Shown here: piece by piece, positions 50,277 through 59,934 of the stretch
Layout of the letters: each line of letters opens with the position of its first letter
How positions within the stretch are numbered: the stretch's first letter is position 1
Assembly: GCA_041398345.1 (NCBI GenBank)
Contig: JAWKUY010000004.1
Location: forward strand, 125,026-189,025
Direction: 5' to 3'
DNA from: Hyphomonadaceae bacterium
Lineage (GTDB): Bacteria > Pseudomonadota > Alphaproteobacteria > Caulobacterales > Aquidulcibacteraceae
DNA: 64,000 nucleotides
Position numbers and translations under genes: made by a program
Notes under the pieces: generated by a model
Databases searched by the model: none
Seen by the model: only the letters and a program-made list of their open reading frames with translations
Told to the model about the DNA's origin: nothing

Positions 50277-51395
50277 TTATTCTGCGGCGATCTTGGCCGC
50301 CGCCAGATTTTCCTTGGTCGGCAGCGGCTTTTCGAGCTGCCCCCAATCGATCAGCACGTCGCCGGCGAGATCCTCATATTTGAGCGCCCCGAGGACCTCG
50401 TATTTCGGACGCACGCGATCGGTCAGCAGCCCGACACGCTTCAAGTTCGGCATGATGCGCTCGAACAGAAGCTCCCGGAACATGTTGATCACCACGCTGT
50501 CGAGAATGTGCTTGCGCGCAGCTTCGAGATCGAAGCCGTACTCGCGCATGACATCCATGCCGAACAGGCGGTCGCGCATGATCACGCAGGCCTGATAGGC
50601 AAACTCGGCGCGATCTTCGATCTCTTCCTGCGGCAGCACCTTGATCCAGTCTTCAAGGTAGTTGACGCCGAAGGCGACGTGGCGGCCTTCGTCGCGCATC
50701 ACAAGCTCGACGACCTGCTTCAGCAGCGGATCGCGCGTCGTGCGCACCTGAGTGCCGAACGCCGCGAGCGCGAGGCCTTCAATGATCAGCTGCATGCCGA
50801 TGAATTTGAGGTCCCAGCGCTCGTCAGCGAGCACTTTGTCGATCAGCGCTTTCAGGTTCTTGTTGACCGGATAGACCATTTTGCAGCGCCGGCGCAGGTA
50901 TTCGTTGAACACCTCGACGTGGCGCGCTTCATCAAACGTTTGCGAGGCCGCGTAGAGTTTGGCGTCCATGGTCGGCGCGCACGACACCAGTTGTGACGCC
51001 ACCAACATCGCCCCCTGCTCGCCGTGCAGGAACTGGCTCATCGTCTGCGCATGGCCCTTCCAGGCGAAGCGCACTTTCTCTTCGTGGCTGAGCGCTTCGT
51101 ATTCGGGATAGCCGTTGAGCGCCCCGATGGCGCTGTCCATTGGGAAATCGTTCATGTCGCAGGGCGCATCCCAATCGACATCAAGCGTCGAGTTCCAATT
51201 GTGGACCTTGCCCAATTCATAGAGACGCCGAATCTTGGCGTTGGCGCTGTCGTAATCCCAGTTGAACGAACCAGTCAGCGGCGTCTTGAAGATTTCGCGG
51301 ATGGTCTCGACATCTTCCGGCGTCAGCTTGTCGGCCAGATCGTCGTCAAAGGTGCGAACCTCTTGCGGGGGTTGCTCAACGATGGTGACGCGCAT
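50277..51395 (-). CDS. Ferritin-like diiron protein (AurF/desaturase-like fold)
   Basis: E..DEARH / E..DEGRH diiron carboxylate motifs. Confidence 0.85.
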   Translation of the reverse strand: MRVTIVEQPPQEVRTFDDDLADKLTPEDVETIREIFKTPLTGSFNWDYDSANAKIRRLYELGKVHNWNSTLDVDWDAPCDMNDFPMDSAIGALNGYPEYEALSHEEKVRFAWKGHAQTMSQFLHGEQGAMLVASQLVSCAPTMDAKLYAASQTFDEARHVEVFNEYLRRRCKMVYPVNKNLKALIDKVLADERWDLKFIGMQLIIEGLALAAFGTQVRTTRDPLLKQVVELVMRDEGRHVAFGVNYLEDWIKVLPQEEIEDRAEFAYQACVIMRDRLFGMDVMREYGFDLEAARKHILDSVVINMFRELLFERIMPNLKRVGLLTDRVRPKYEVLGALKYEDLAGDVLIDWGQLEKPLPTKENLAAAKIAAE

Positions 51396-51524
51396 TTTGG
51401 CCTCCCTGTTCTAAAAATGACGCATGCGTCAAGTTTTAATGGGAAGCGCCAAGCGCCCTTGTGCGCATTGATCTCGATCAATCGCCCTGTGCAGACGGGG
51501 CGGGCTTGGATTAGATGGCGGCCC

Positions 51525-52394
51525 ATGCGCGCCCTTGCCGCCCTTCTCGCCCTTTTAGTGAGCGCCTGCGCCGTCAGCGCCGAGACAGCCGCCGCGCCGG
51601 AGGATCAGCGCTTCCCGACTTCCTCGTCCTATCCGCCGGGGACCATGGAGCGCACAGAGTTCACTGCTGGGGTTCCGGAGGGCTGGCGGATTTCGGCGCT
51701 GCGCACGCCCGAGCGGGCGGACGCGACGTGGAAGGTCGTCATTATCACCGGCACGCCGTCCTGGAGCGAGTACTGGGCGCCCACGATCGCGGCCTTGCCG
51801 CCGACGCGTGAAATGATCGTCGCCGATCGTCCCGGCTTCCGCACCTCCGAGCCCGAGGGCGCCGTGCGCGATCTCTCCAAACAGGCCGACGCCCTCGCCC
51901 CCATGCTGGAGGCGCACGACGGCGAGCGGGTGCTCGTCATTGGCCAGAGCTTCGGCGCCCCGGTCGCGACCTTGATGGCGTCTCGCTATCCCGACCGCGT
52001 CGACGCGGTCGTGCTGGTGTCCGCCTATTTCGGCGATCGCGGGCCGACGGCCCGGCGGATGATCGGCGCGGGCCGGATTTTCCACGGCTTGCTCCCGCGC
52101 GATCTGCGCAATTCAATCACCGAGGTGACCGCGCAGACCGAGCAATTGCCATCGGTGTGGGAGGCGCTGCGCGGACTGCGCCAGCCCATCGTGTTCATAC
52201 ACGGCGACGCCGACACGTTCGTGCCGCTCGAGGCCGACCAGCGCATCGCCGAACAGTACGGACATACCCTGATCACCGTGCCCGGCGGCGATCACTTCCT
52301 CAACGCGTGTTGCGTCACTGCGCTGCTTGGCGCGGTGGAGCTGGCCATCTCTCAGGCGGAAGCGCAGGAGAGCGCCGCCGTCGCCGCGCAATAG
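51525..52394 (+). CDS. Alpha/beta hydrolase, probable lipoprotein
   Basis: VSAC lipobox, GQSFG nucleophile, HGDAD, GDH. Confidence 0.85.
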   Translation: MRALAALLALLVSACAVSAETAAAPEDQRFPTSSSYPPGTMERTEFTAGVPEGWRISALRTPERADATWKVVIITGTPSWSEYWAPTIAALPPTREMIVADRPGFRTSEPEGAVRDLSKQADALAPMLEAHDGERVLVIGQSFGAPVATLMASRYPDRVDAVVLVSAYFGDRGPTARRMIGAGRIFHGLLPRDLRNSITEVTAQTEQLPSVWEALRGLRQPIVFIHGDADTFVPLEADQRIAEQYGHTLITVPGGDHFLNACCVTALLGAVELAISQAEAQESAAVAAQ

Positions 52395-53135
52395 ATGCAG
52401 AGGGCGCCGGCGACAGCCGCACCGCGCGTGTTCGTCGATATCGGCGCGCACGACGGCAGCTCTATCGCCATGGCCGTTGAGGGCGGCTACGCCTTCGACA
52501 GGCTGATTTCGGTCGAGCCCGATCCGGACATGGTCGCCCATCTTGAAAAGCGGTTCGAGGCGGAGGTGGCGAGCGGGCGCTATCGCGTGGCGCCGGTGGG
52601 CCTTTCCGATCGCATCGGAACCGCGCGCCTGTTTGGCGACAATTCCGGCGGGGGCGCCTCCATCGTGGCGGGGAAATTTGCGCCTGAGGACCGCACGAGC
52701 CGCGAGATCGCTCTCATCGATTGGCCCGCCCTGCTTGACCAATACGGCCTGCGCGGCGCCCGACTGTGGGTGAAGATCAACGCCGAGGGCGCCGAAGTCC
52801 CGATCGTTGAAAGCATTTTGGCCGAGGGCGGTTCGGGGATCGAGAGCCTGGTCGTGGATTTCGACATCGTGAAATCTCCGTTCGGCGCCTGGGCCAAGTG
52901 GCGGACCCTGCGGGCCCTGCGCGCCAGCGGCATTCCGTTCCGGCTCGCCGAAGAGGTGTTCGTGAAGCACGGTCCCCGGCCCCGGCTGCACAATTGGTTT
53001 TCGAGCTTCGCCGACCTCCGCGATCCCCCGATCCCGCCCCGGCCGGCGCCCCTCTCCAAGCTCATCCGCATGCATTACCTGGACGCATGCTCGGCAATCG
53101 GCATCCGGCTCGACATGTTTAAGCGCCGCAAATGA
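52395..53135 (+). CDS. FkbM family methyltransferase
   Basis: FVDIGAHDG, VEPDP, KINAEGAE. Confidence 0.8.
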   Translation: MQRAPATAAPRVFVDIGAHDGSSIAMAVEGGYAFDRLISVEPDPDMVAHLEKRFEAEVASGRYRVAPVGLSDRIGTARLFGDNSGGGASIVAGKFAPEDRTSREIALIDWPALLDQYGLRGARLWVKINAEGAEVPIVESILAEGGSGIESLVVDFDIVKSPFGAWAKWRTLRALRASGIPFRLAEEVFVKHGPRPRLHNWFSSFADLRDPPIPPRPAPLSKLIRMHYLDACSAIGIRLDMFKRRK

Positions 53136-53234
53136 CCGAACGGCGCGGGCCCCCGCCTTGCCCTGTCCAGCGCGTTCGGCTAGAAGCCCCGCTTCCTTTT
53201 TCCCGACCGACCCGGATTTGAAGGCTCAGGCCCC

Positions 53235-53891
53235 ATGGCTGGCATTGTTCTGAACGTTGAAAAGCGAGAAAAAACTGGCACCGGCGGCGCCCGCGCGACC
53301 CGCAATTCGGGCCTCATTCCCGGCGTGCTTTATGGCGGCCCCCGCGGCGCCATTCCCATTGAGCTCAAGGCCGCCGACGTGAAGATGGCGCTGCGCTCGG
53401 GCAAGTTCGTCTCCCACATGGTGGAGTTGAACCACCAAGGCGAAAAGCAACCGGTGATCCCGCGCGCGATCCAGTTCCATCCGGTGACGGATGAGCCGAT
53501 CCATATCGACCTCTATCGCGTCGAAGAAAATGCTGAGATCGCGATCGACGTTGTGGTCCACTTCAAGAACCACGAGGCTTCGCCGGGCCTGAAGCGCGGC
53601 GGCGCGCTCAACATCGTGCGCCACACCGTCAAGCTGAAGTGCAAGGCCAACAAGATCCCCGAGGAGATCGTGGTCGATCTGACGGGTCTCGAAATCGGCG
53701 ACTCGATCCACATTTCTTCGGTGGCGCTGCCCGAGGGCGCCCGCCCCGTGATCCGCGATCGCGACTTCACCATCGCCACTGTCGTCGGACGCAAGGCCGA
53801 GGCCGAAGCCACGACCGAAGCCGCTCCGGCCGAAGGCGCAGCGCCGGCTGAAGCCGCCGCCGCTCCAGCCGCGGACAAAGACAAGAAGTAA
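53235..53891 (+). CDS. rplY: 50S ribosomal protein L25/Ctc
   Basis: IPGVLYG, QFHPVTD, HIDL, GDSIHIS. Confidence 0.95.
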   Translation: MAGIVLNVEKREKTGTGGARATRNSGLIPGVLYGGPRGAIPIELKAADVKMALRSGKFVSHMVELNHQGEKQPVIPRAIQFHPVTDEPIHIDLYRVEENAEIAIDVVVHFKNHEASPGLKRGGALNIVRHTVKLKCKANKIPEEIVVDLTGLEIGDSIHISSVALPEGARPVIRDRDFTIATVVGRKAEAEATTEAAPAEGAAPAEAAAAPAADKDKK

Positions 53892-53939
53892 GCGGCGGGC
53901 GCTTTCGCTTTCCGCGTCTGGAAAGAGTAAAAAGCGCCC

Positions 53940-54551
53940 ATGCTGCTTCTGGTCGGCCTCGGCAATCCCGGCGCGAAATACGCGGGCAACCGGCACAATA
54001 TCGGCTTCATGGCCGTCGATGCGATTGCGCGCACGCATGGCTTCGGGCCGTGGAAGAAGAAATTCCGCAGCGAAGTCGCCGAAGGCGCCATTGCCGGGGT
54101 TCGCGCGCTGCTGATGAAGCCGCAGACCTTTTACAACGACAGTGGCCACGCCGCGGCGGAAGCTGCGCGCTTTTACAAAATCCCGACCCGCGACATCGTC
54201 GTATTCTATGACGAAATCGATCTTGCGCCGGGACGCTTCCGGATGAAGACCGGCGGCGGCGCGGCAGGCAATAACGGCGTGCGCTCGCTTGCGGCGTGGC
54301 TGGACGACGATGGCTTTCGCCGCGCGCGCCTTGGGACAGGCCATCCCGGCCACGCCGACCAGGTGCATGGCTACGTGCTGAGCGATTTTCCAAAGGCCGA
54401 CGCGGCCTGGGTCTCGGACCTGCTCGCCGCTGTAGCGGCGGCCGCGCCGATGCTGGCCAAAGGCGAGGACGACAAGTTCCAGGCCGAGGTCATGCGCCTG
54501 GCGCCGGCGGAAAAGTCGAATGTGCGCGGCCGGCCCGCGCAGCAGGACTAA
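53940..54551 (+). CDS. pth: Peptidyl-tRNA hydrolase
   Basis: VGLGNPG..RHNIGF, KPQTFYN, GNNG. Confidence 0.95.
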   Translation: MLLLVGLGNPGAKYAGNRHNIGFMAVDAIARTHGFGPWKKKFRSEVAEGAIAGVRALLMKPQTFYNDSGHAAAEAARFYKIPTRDIVVFYDEIDLAPGRFRMKTGGGAAGNNGVRSLAAWLDDDGFRRARLGTGHPGHADQVHGYVLSDFPKADAAWVSDLLAAVAAAAPMLAKGEDDKFQAEVMRLAPAEKSNVRGRPAQQD

Positions 54552-54955
54552 TTCTGCGCCCCGCTGAGCACGGCTTCGATTTCCGCCAGTGCGCGCCGCC
54601 AGGCTGCATCCGCCTCAGGCGTCCATTCGCGAGCCAGCAGATCGCGCACGCTTTCGAACATGATCTCGAAGAAGTGCGCATAGGCTGCGCCGGACACGCC
54701 GATGCCCTCGTGATTGATGCGCTCGGCGAGCATGAAACTTGCGGCGAACCGGCGTGGCCCGGCGATGTCGAGCAATACCTCGAATGCGTAAGCCAACATG
54801 TTTCCACGGGCGGCGCCTTGGGCATCCAGGATGAAAAGCCGCTCAAATTCGGGATGACGCTCAAACAAGCGGGCGTAAATCACATCCGCCGGATCGCCAT
54901 GCGCCTGGGCGAGCCGCTCAAGCGTTGCGAAAATGGTGTCGTGATCGCTTGCCAT
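54548..54955 (-). CDS. Single-domain globin
   Basis: IYARLFERHPEFERLF (B10 Tyr/CD1 Phe), proximal His in NHEGIGV, AWRR. Confidence 0.8.
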   Translation of the reverse strand: MASDHDTIFATLERLAQAHGDPADVIYARLFERHPEFERLFILDAQGAARGNMLAYAFEVLLDIAGPRRFAASFMLAERINHEGIGVSGAAYAHFFEIMFESVRDLLAREWTPEADAAWRRALAEIEAVLSGAQN

Positions 54956-54990
54956 GCTTGCGCGTTCTTCGCGCGCCCTGGCCGCCGCGC

Positions 54991-55329
54991 CTAGCGCACC
55001 CTACCCTTGATGCGCTTGCGCTGCGAGCCGCACAGATTGCTGACCGCCCCGCGCACGCCCGCGCGGCGCATGGCGATCTCAGCCTTGGCCATATCCCATT
55101 GCGGCACGTACAGGACGCGATCGACGGCCTTGACGTGTTTGAGGCGCTTGGCGGCGCGCTCCAGGTGCCGGTCCGAGCCCGTTCGATCGATTTCGAGCGC
55201 CTTTTTGCCATCCTTGGCCTGTTGCGCCAGCCTTCTGCGGCGCGCCAGGGCAGGCTCGAAATCATAGAGATTGTCCGGCGGCGCATCGAACCAATCGGGT
55301 GCGCGCCTCTTCCAGCCTGACTGCGCCAT
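54991..55329 (-). CDS. Small basic hypothetical protein
   Basis: GGAGG RBS before ATG 55329; 112 aa; fills the gap between the globin and TPR genes. Confidence 0.6.
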   Translation of the reverse strand: MAQSGWKRRAPDWFDAPPDNLYDFEPALARRRRLAQQAKDGKKALEIDRTGSDRHLERAAKRLKHVKAVDRVLYVPQWDMAKAEIAMRRAGVRGAVSNLCGSQRKRIKGRVR

Positions 55330-55438
55330 AACGCCTCCGTCCGATGGAAATGCCGTCCGATTCGGGTACAGGTGTTCGCGCTTGTCGCCAAGATATGCGA
55401 CTACAACGCTCCGGTTTCGCAACAATCTTGATCCCCGC

Positions 55439-56179
55439 ATGCTTCTGCTTATCGCTTCTTATCTCCCAGCCCTGCTGTGCGGCATTCACGTGGTTCGTAC
55501 TGGACGCGAGCTCTACTGGCTTTGGATTCTCGTGATCGCAGGTCCGCTCGGCGCAGCGATCTATTTCATAGCCATCATCGTGCCGGAGCTGCTCGGCGGG
55601 CGCACGGCGCGTGGCGTTGGCAAGGCCGCGCGCCAAGCGCTCGATCCCGAGCGCGACTATCGCAACGCCCTGCGCGCGCTCGACGACACGCCCACTGTCG
55701 GCAATCGCATGAAGCTCGCGCAGGCCGCTTCGGCGCTGGGCCGCTGGCAGGATGCCGAGGCGCAGTGGGCGCTTTGCGCTGAGGGCCAATGGGCCGAAGA
55801 CCCCGCCATCCTGCTCGGCCACGCCCACGCGCTCCTTGAGCTGGAGCGCTGGAACGAAGCGCTCCAGCGGCTGGAGCAACTGAAAGCCCTCGGACGCGAA
55901 GGCGAAACGCCGGTCGCCGTGCTCGCGTTCGCGCGCGCATATGAGGGCCTTGGCCGCAACGACGAGGCCGACAACGCGTATCGCTTTGCCGCCGATCGCG
56001 TACCCGGACTTGAAGCGGGGGGACGCTATGTCGCGTTCATGGCCAGGGCCGGGCGCAGACAAGACGCAGAGATTGGGCTGGCGGAACTCGACCGGCGCCT
56101 GCAGAAGATCGCCCCGCCCTTGCGCGCGGAAGCGCGCATCTGGCGCGACCTGGCCGCCAGGGCGCTGGGACGGAACTGA
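55439..56179 (+). CDS. Membrane-anchored TPR protein
   Basis: HVVRTGR..YWLWI N-terminal membrane hairpin followed by TPR-like helices. Confidence 0.8.
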   Translation: MLLLIASYLPALLCGIHVVRTGRELYWLWILVIAGPLGAAIYFIAIIVPELLGGRTARGVGKAARQALDPERDYRNALRALDDTPTVGNRMKLAQAASALGRWQDAEAQWALCAEGQWAEDPAILLGHAHALLELERWNEALQRLEQLKALGREGETPVAVLAFARAYEGLGRNDEADNAYRFAADRVPGLEAGGRYVAFMARAGRRQDAEIGLAELDRRLQKIAPPLRAEARIWRDLAARALGRN

Positions 56180-56195
56180 GACAGGGAACGCGATC

Positions 56196-57293
56196 ATGGG
56201 TTTCAAATGCGGCATTGTCGGCTTGCCGAACGTCGGCAAGTCCACGCTCTTCAATGCGCTGACCAAGACGGCGGCGGCGCAGGCGGCGAACTATCCGTTC
56301 TGCACCATCGAGCCGAACGTTGGCGAAGTGGCGATGCCTGAACCGCGCCTGGGCGAACTCGCCAAGATCGCGGGCTCGAAGGAAATCATCCCGACACGAA
56401 TGAACTTCGTCGATATCGCGGGGCTCGTCCGCGGCGCTTCAAAGGGCGAAGGCCTTGGCAATCAGTTCCTCGCCAATATCCGCGAATGCGACGCCATCGC
56501 ATACGTCCTGCGCTGCTTCGAGAACGACGACATCACGCACGTTGAAGGCCGCATCGATCCCATTGCGGATTTGGAAACGGTCGAGACTGAATTGATGCTC
56601 GCCGATCTTGAGTCGCTTGAAAAGCGCATCACCAATCTCGAAAAGAAGGCCAAGGGCGGCGACAAGGAAGCCAAGCTGACGCTCGATCTGGTGCTGCGCG
56701 CCAAAGCGTTGCTGGAGGACGGCAAGCCCGCGCGCCACACCAAGCGCGCGGCGGAGGAAGAAAAGGCCTTCGCCATGCTGCAGCTGCTGACGGCGCTGCC
56801 GGTCCTCTATGTCTGCAATGTCAACGAGAACGACGCCGCCAGCGGCAATGAGCAATCCAAGCGCGTCGAGGCGCGCGCCAAGCAGGAGAACGCGGCCTGC
56901 GTCGTCATCTGCGCGCAAATGGAAGCTGAATTCGCCGCACTCAGCGACGAAGAGCAAGACGAATTCCTTGCGGCGGCCGGCCTTGAAGAATCTGGACTCA
57001 CCCGCCTCATTCACGCCGGCTATGATCTGCTAGGCCTGCAAACCTATTTCACGGTCGGCCCCAAGGAAGCGCGGGCCTGGACCATCCACAAGGGCTGGAC
57101 GGCGCCGCAGGCCGCGGGCGTGATTCATACGGACTTCGAAAAAGGCTTCATCCGCGCCGAGACGATTTCGTATGACGATTACATCCGCTGCAATGGCGAG
57201 CAAGGCGCCAAGGAGGCCGGCAAGATGCGGCTCGAAGGCAAGGATTACGTGGTGCGCGAAGGCGACGTCATGCACTTCCGGTTCAACGCGTAA
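56196..57293 (+). CDS. ychF: Redox-regulated ATPase YchF
   Basis: [28 protein letters not shown] domain. Confidence 0.97.
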   Translation: MGFKCGIVGLPNVGKSTLFNALTKTAAAQAANYPFCTIEPNVGEVAMPEPRLGELAKIAGSKEIIPTRMNFVDIAGLVRGASKGEGLGNQFLANIRECDAIAYVLRCFENDDITHVEGRIDPIADLETVETELMLADLESLEKRITNLEKKAKGGDKEAKLTLDLVLRAKALLEDGKPARHTKRAAEEEKAFAMLQLLTALPVLYVCNVNENDAASGNEQSKRVEARAKQENAACVVICAQMEAEFAALSDEEQDEFLAAAGLEESGLTRLIHAGYDLLGLQTYFTVGPKEARAWTIHKGWTAPQAAGVIHTDFEKGFIRAETISYDDYIRCNGEQGAKEAGKMRLEGKDYVVREGDVMHFRFNA

Positions 57294-58281
57294 CCGCCGC
57301 CCCGGCCGAGGTCTGCCCACGCAAGCGCGAGCCGGTCCGCACTTCGCGCAGATCGAACTGTACGGTCGCGCGGCCATAATCGATCGCCACGCCATGCGTT
57401 CTTGAAAGCACGTCCATCCCGACCAGGAGCGCCGGTTCGTTGTCCAGGTCCCAGATGTGGAAAATGTGAAAATCGCCCACGAAGGCCAGCACATTCCTCA
57501 CGTCAACCTGTCCAAGTGAAACGCGCGGCAGAGCGATGGCGGTATCGAGCACAACTGGTTCGCCGGCGGTGTAAGCGTGCACGCGATCGACATGCACTGT
57601 GCGCGCCGCCCGCGTTCGCAGTGCGTCACGCAGCGCGATGTTGGCGAGCGTCGAGTTCGACCCGGTGTCGAGAAACATGCTCACCGGAATCCCGTTTACC
57701 GCCCCGCGCATGACGACAAGGTGGCCAAAGCGCAATTCGCCGCGAACCGTTGTCCAGCCGCCGAGCCGCCTGACCCCGCGCGAGGGCGCGATCTCGATGC
57801 AGCGGCGGTCAAAATCGATGCGCAAGCGCCGGTCACTCATGCCGTCAACGCCCAGGAGCCCATGCTCGCCGGCCAAGACCGCGCCACTCAGCACAGGCAG
57901 CGCCGCCGCATTCACCGAGATGTCGCCGTAGCGCAATGAGTCGACCTGAATCATCGGCGCCTGGGTGACGCCGTACACCGTATGCACCTCGCCTTCTCCG
58001 GTCGGCGCGAGTTCGAGGCTTTCGGCGAGTGCGTCCGACACCGCCGAGCGGTTCGCCCCCGTATCGACAATGAACCGGAACGGCCCCTGCCCATTCACGT
58101 TGACCGACGCCACAACGCGGCCAATGCGATCCATCACCGTTGGCCCCGCCGCGATGTCGCTTGCGTTGAGCGTCGCGTAATCGGCCAGATCGGGGGCTCT
58201 CTCGCACCTCGCATGGGCCGGTCCTGCAAGCATCAAAAAACCCGCAAACAAGGCGGCGGCGAAATCTCTGCGACGACCCAT
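57283..58281 (-). CDS. Exported aspartyl protease with two retropepsin-like domains
   Basis: Signal peptide; FIVDTGA..GLLG and FLDTGS..LVGMD. Confidence 0.85.
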   Translation of the reverse strand: MGRRRDFAAALFAGFLMLAGPAHARCERAPDLADYATLNASDIAAGPTVMDRIGRVVASVNVNGQGPFRFIVDTGANRSAVSDALAESLELAPTGEGEVHTVYGVTQAPMIQVDSLRYGDISVNAAALPVLSGAVLAGEHGLLGVDGMSDRRLRIDFDRRCIEIAPSRGVRRLGGWTTVRGELRFGHLVVMRGAVNGIPVSMFLDTGSNSTLANIALRDALRTRAARTVHVDRVHAYTAGEPVVLDTAIALPRVSLGQVDVRNVLAFVGDFHIFHIWDLDNEPALLVGMDVLSRTHGVAIDYGRATVQFDLREVRTGSRLRGQTSAGAAVTR

Positions 58282-58380
58282 CGCCTCAGCATGCGTTGCT
58301 TGCCTGGCCCGCGCTAGTGGCATCGCGCTCAACTTCCCGGGAGCGCTCGACGAATGCGCACCGGCATGCGACGGAAAGCC

Positions 58381-59043
58381 ATGATCGAAAAGCTGACCCT
58401 CACAAGCGCCCATGACGGCTTCGCCCTGCAGGCGATCCGCGCCCGCCCCAAGGGCGCTGTTCGGGGAGGCGTGCTCGTCCTGCAGGAAATCTTCGGTTTG
58501 ACCAGCCACATCGCCGCCATGTGCGCGCATTTCGCAGATGCAGGATATGAGGCTATCGCGCCCAGCTTGTTTGACCGTGTCGAGAGCGGCTTTCAAGCAA
58601 ACCACGATCCCGAGGGCGTGCAGAAAGGGATCGCCGCCGTCATGGCGAGCCCCTGGCCGCAGGCGGCGGGCGACATGCAGGCGGCGATCAATGCGCTGCC
58701 GCAGCCGGCCTATGTCACGGGCTTTTGCTATGGCGGCGCCGCGGCCTGGGTGGCGGCCGCACAATGCACCGGCCTCAAGGCGGCCTCTTGCTTCTACGGG
58801 CGCCTGATCGCCAACCTCCTCGACCGCAAGCCCGCCGTCCCGGTCATGCTTCACTATGGCGCCCATGACGCGTCGATCCCGCCTGAGAACGTCGAAAGCG
58901 TGCGCGCGGCGGCGCCCGAATCCCCGATCTATCTCTATGATGCGGGCCATGGCTTTTGCCGCGAAGGCAGCAACGACTTCAACGCGGGCGCCCGTGATTT
59001 GTCCTTAACCCGCACGCTCGACTGGTTCGCGCGCTGGAGATGA
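58381..59043 (+). CDS. Dienelactone hydrolase family protein
   Basis: QEIFG, GFCYGG, AGHGF. Confidence 0.9.
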   Translation: MIEKLTLTSAHDGFALQAIRARPKGAVRGGVLVLQEIFGLTSHIAAMCAHFADAGYEAIAPSLFDRVESGFQANHDPEGVQKGIAAVMASPWPQAAGDMQAAINALPQPAYVTGFCYGGAAAWVAAAQCTGLKAASCFYGRLIANLLDRKPAVPVMLHYGAHDASIPPENVESVRAAAPESPIYLYDAGHGFCREGSNDFNAGARDLSLTRTLDWFARWR

Positions 59044-59095
59044 TCCATGCCTTGCCTTGCGGGCCGCCGGCGCCCCTGCTAGCACCGCGCCTCCC

Positions 59096-59884
59096 ATGCC
59101 CCAGGCCTCCGCCCTCCTCAATGTGATGATCGCCGCCGCGCGCAAGGCTGCGCGTTCGCTGGCGCGCGATTTCGGCGAGGTCGAAAACCTCCAGGTCTCT
59201 CGCAAGGGCCCGAGCGATTTCGTCTCCTCCGCCGATCTCAAGGCCGAGAAGACGCTGTTCGAAGAGCTCTCCAAGGCGCGCCCCGGCTATGGCTTCGTCA
59301 TGGAGGAGCGCGGGGTTGTCGAAGGCACGGACAAAACCAATCGCTGGCTGGTCGATCCGCTCGACGGCACCACCAACTTCCTCCACGGCATTCCTCATTT
59401 CGCCATCTCCATCGGCCTTGAGCGCGAAGGCATTCTCGTGGCCGGCGTGATCTACAATGTGGTCCGCGATGAGTTGTTCTGGGCCGAGAAGGGCCAGGGC
59501 GCTTATCTCAACGATCGCCGCCTGCGCGTCGCAGGCCGCACCGACATGCGCGAAGCGCTGTTCGCCACCGGCACGCCGTTCCACGGCAAGCCGGGACACG
59601 AGGTGTTTCTCGCTGAGGTCGAACGCGTCATCGCGCGGACAGCCGGCGTGCGCCGCTTCGGCTCGGCGGCGCTTGATCTCGCCTACGTCGCCGCCGGCCG
59701 CTTCGACGGCTTCTGGGAGCGCGGCCTCAACATTTGGGATGTCGCTGCAGGCGCGATCCTGGTGCGCGAAGCCGGGGGCGTGGTCAACGACATCGACGGC
59801 GGCGATTTCCTCAAGACCGGCGCTATCGTTGCGTCAAACACGGCGCTCACGCCGCAGATCACGCAAACGCTGCGCGGCGGTTGA
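59096..59884 (+). CDS. suhB: Inositol monophosphatase
   Basis: DPLDGTTNF, RRFGSAALDL, WDVAAG. Confidence 0.9.
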   Translation: MPQASALLNVMIAAARKAARSLARDFGEVENLQVSRKGPSDFVSSADLKAEKTLFEELSKARPGYGFVMEERGVVEGTDKTNRWLVDPLDGTTNFLHGIPHFAISIGLEREGILVAGVIYNVVRDELFWAEKGQGAYLNDRRLRVAGRTDMREALFATGTPFHGKPGHEVFLAEVERVIARTAGVRRFGSAALDLAYVAAGRFDGFWERGLNIWDVAAGAILVREAGGVVNDIDGGDFLKTGAIVASNTALTPQITQTLRGG

Positions 59885-59934
59885 TCGCAGCGCGCACCTC
59901 GTAGACACTCGGGAGCAAGGCGCGGGGAGGTTGC

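Noticed and set aside
55361-55377. GTAC..GTTC as an SOS box upstream of the small basic ORF
   Set aside because: The spacer is 4 nt, not 7.
57283-58950. 555-aa protease ORF
   Set aside because: The first 223 codons are largely antisense to the dienelactone hydrolase; the signal peptide begins at 58281.
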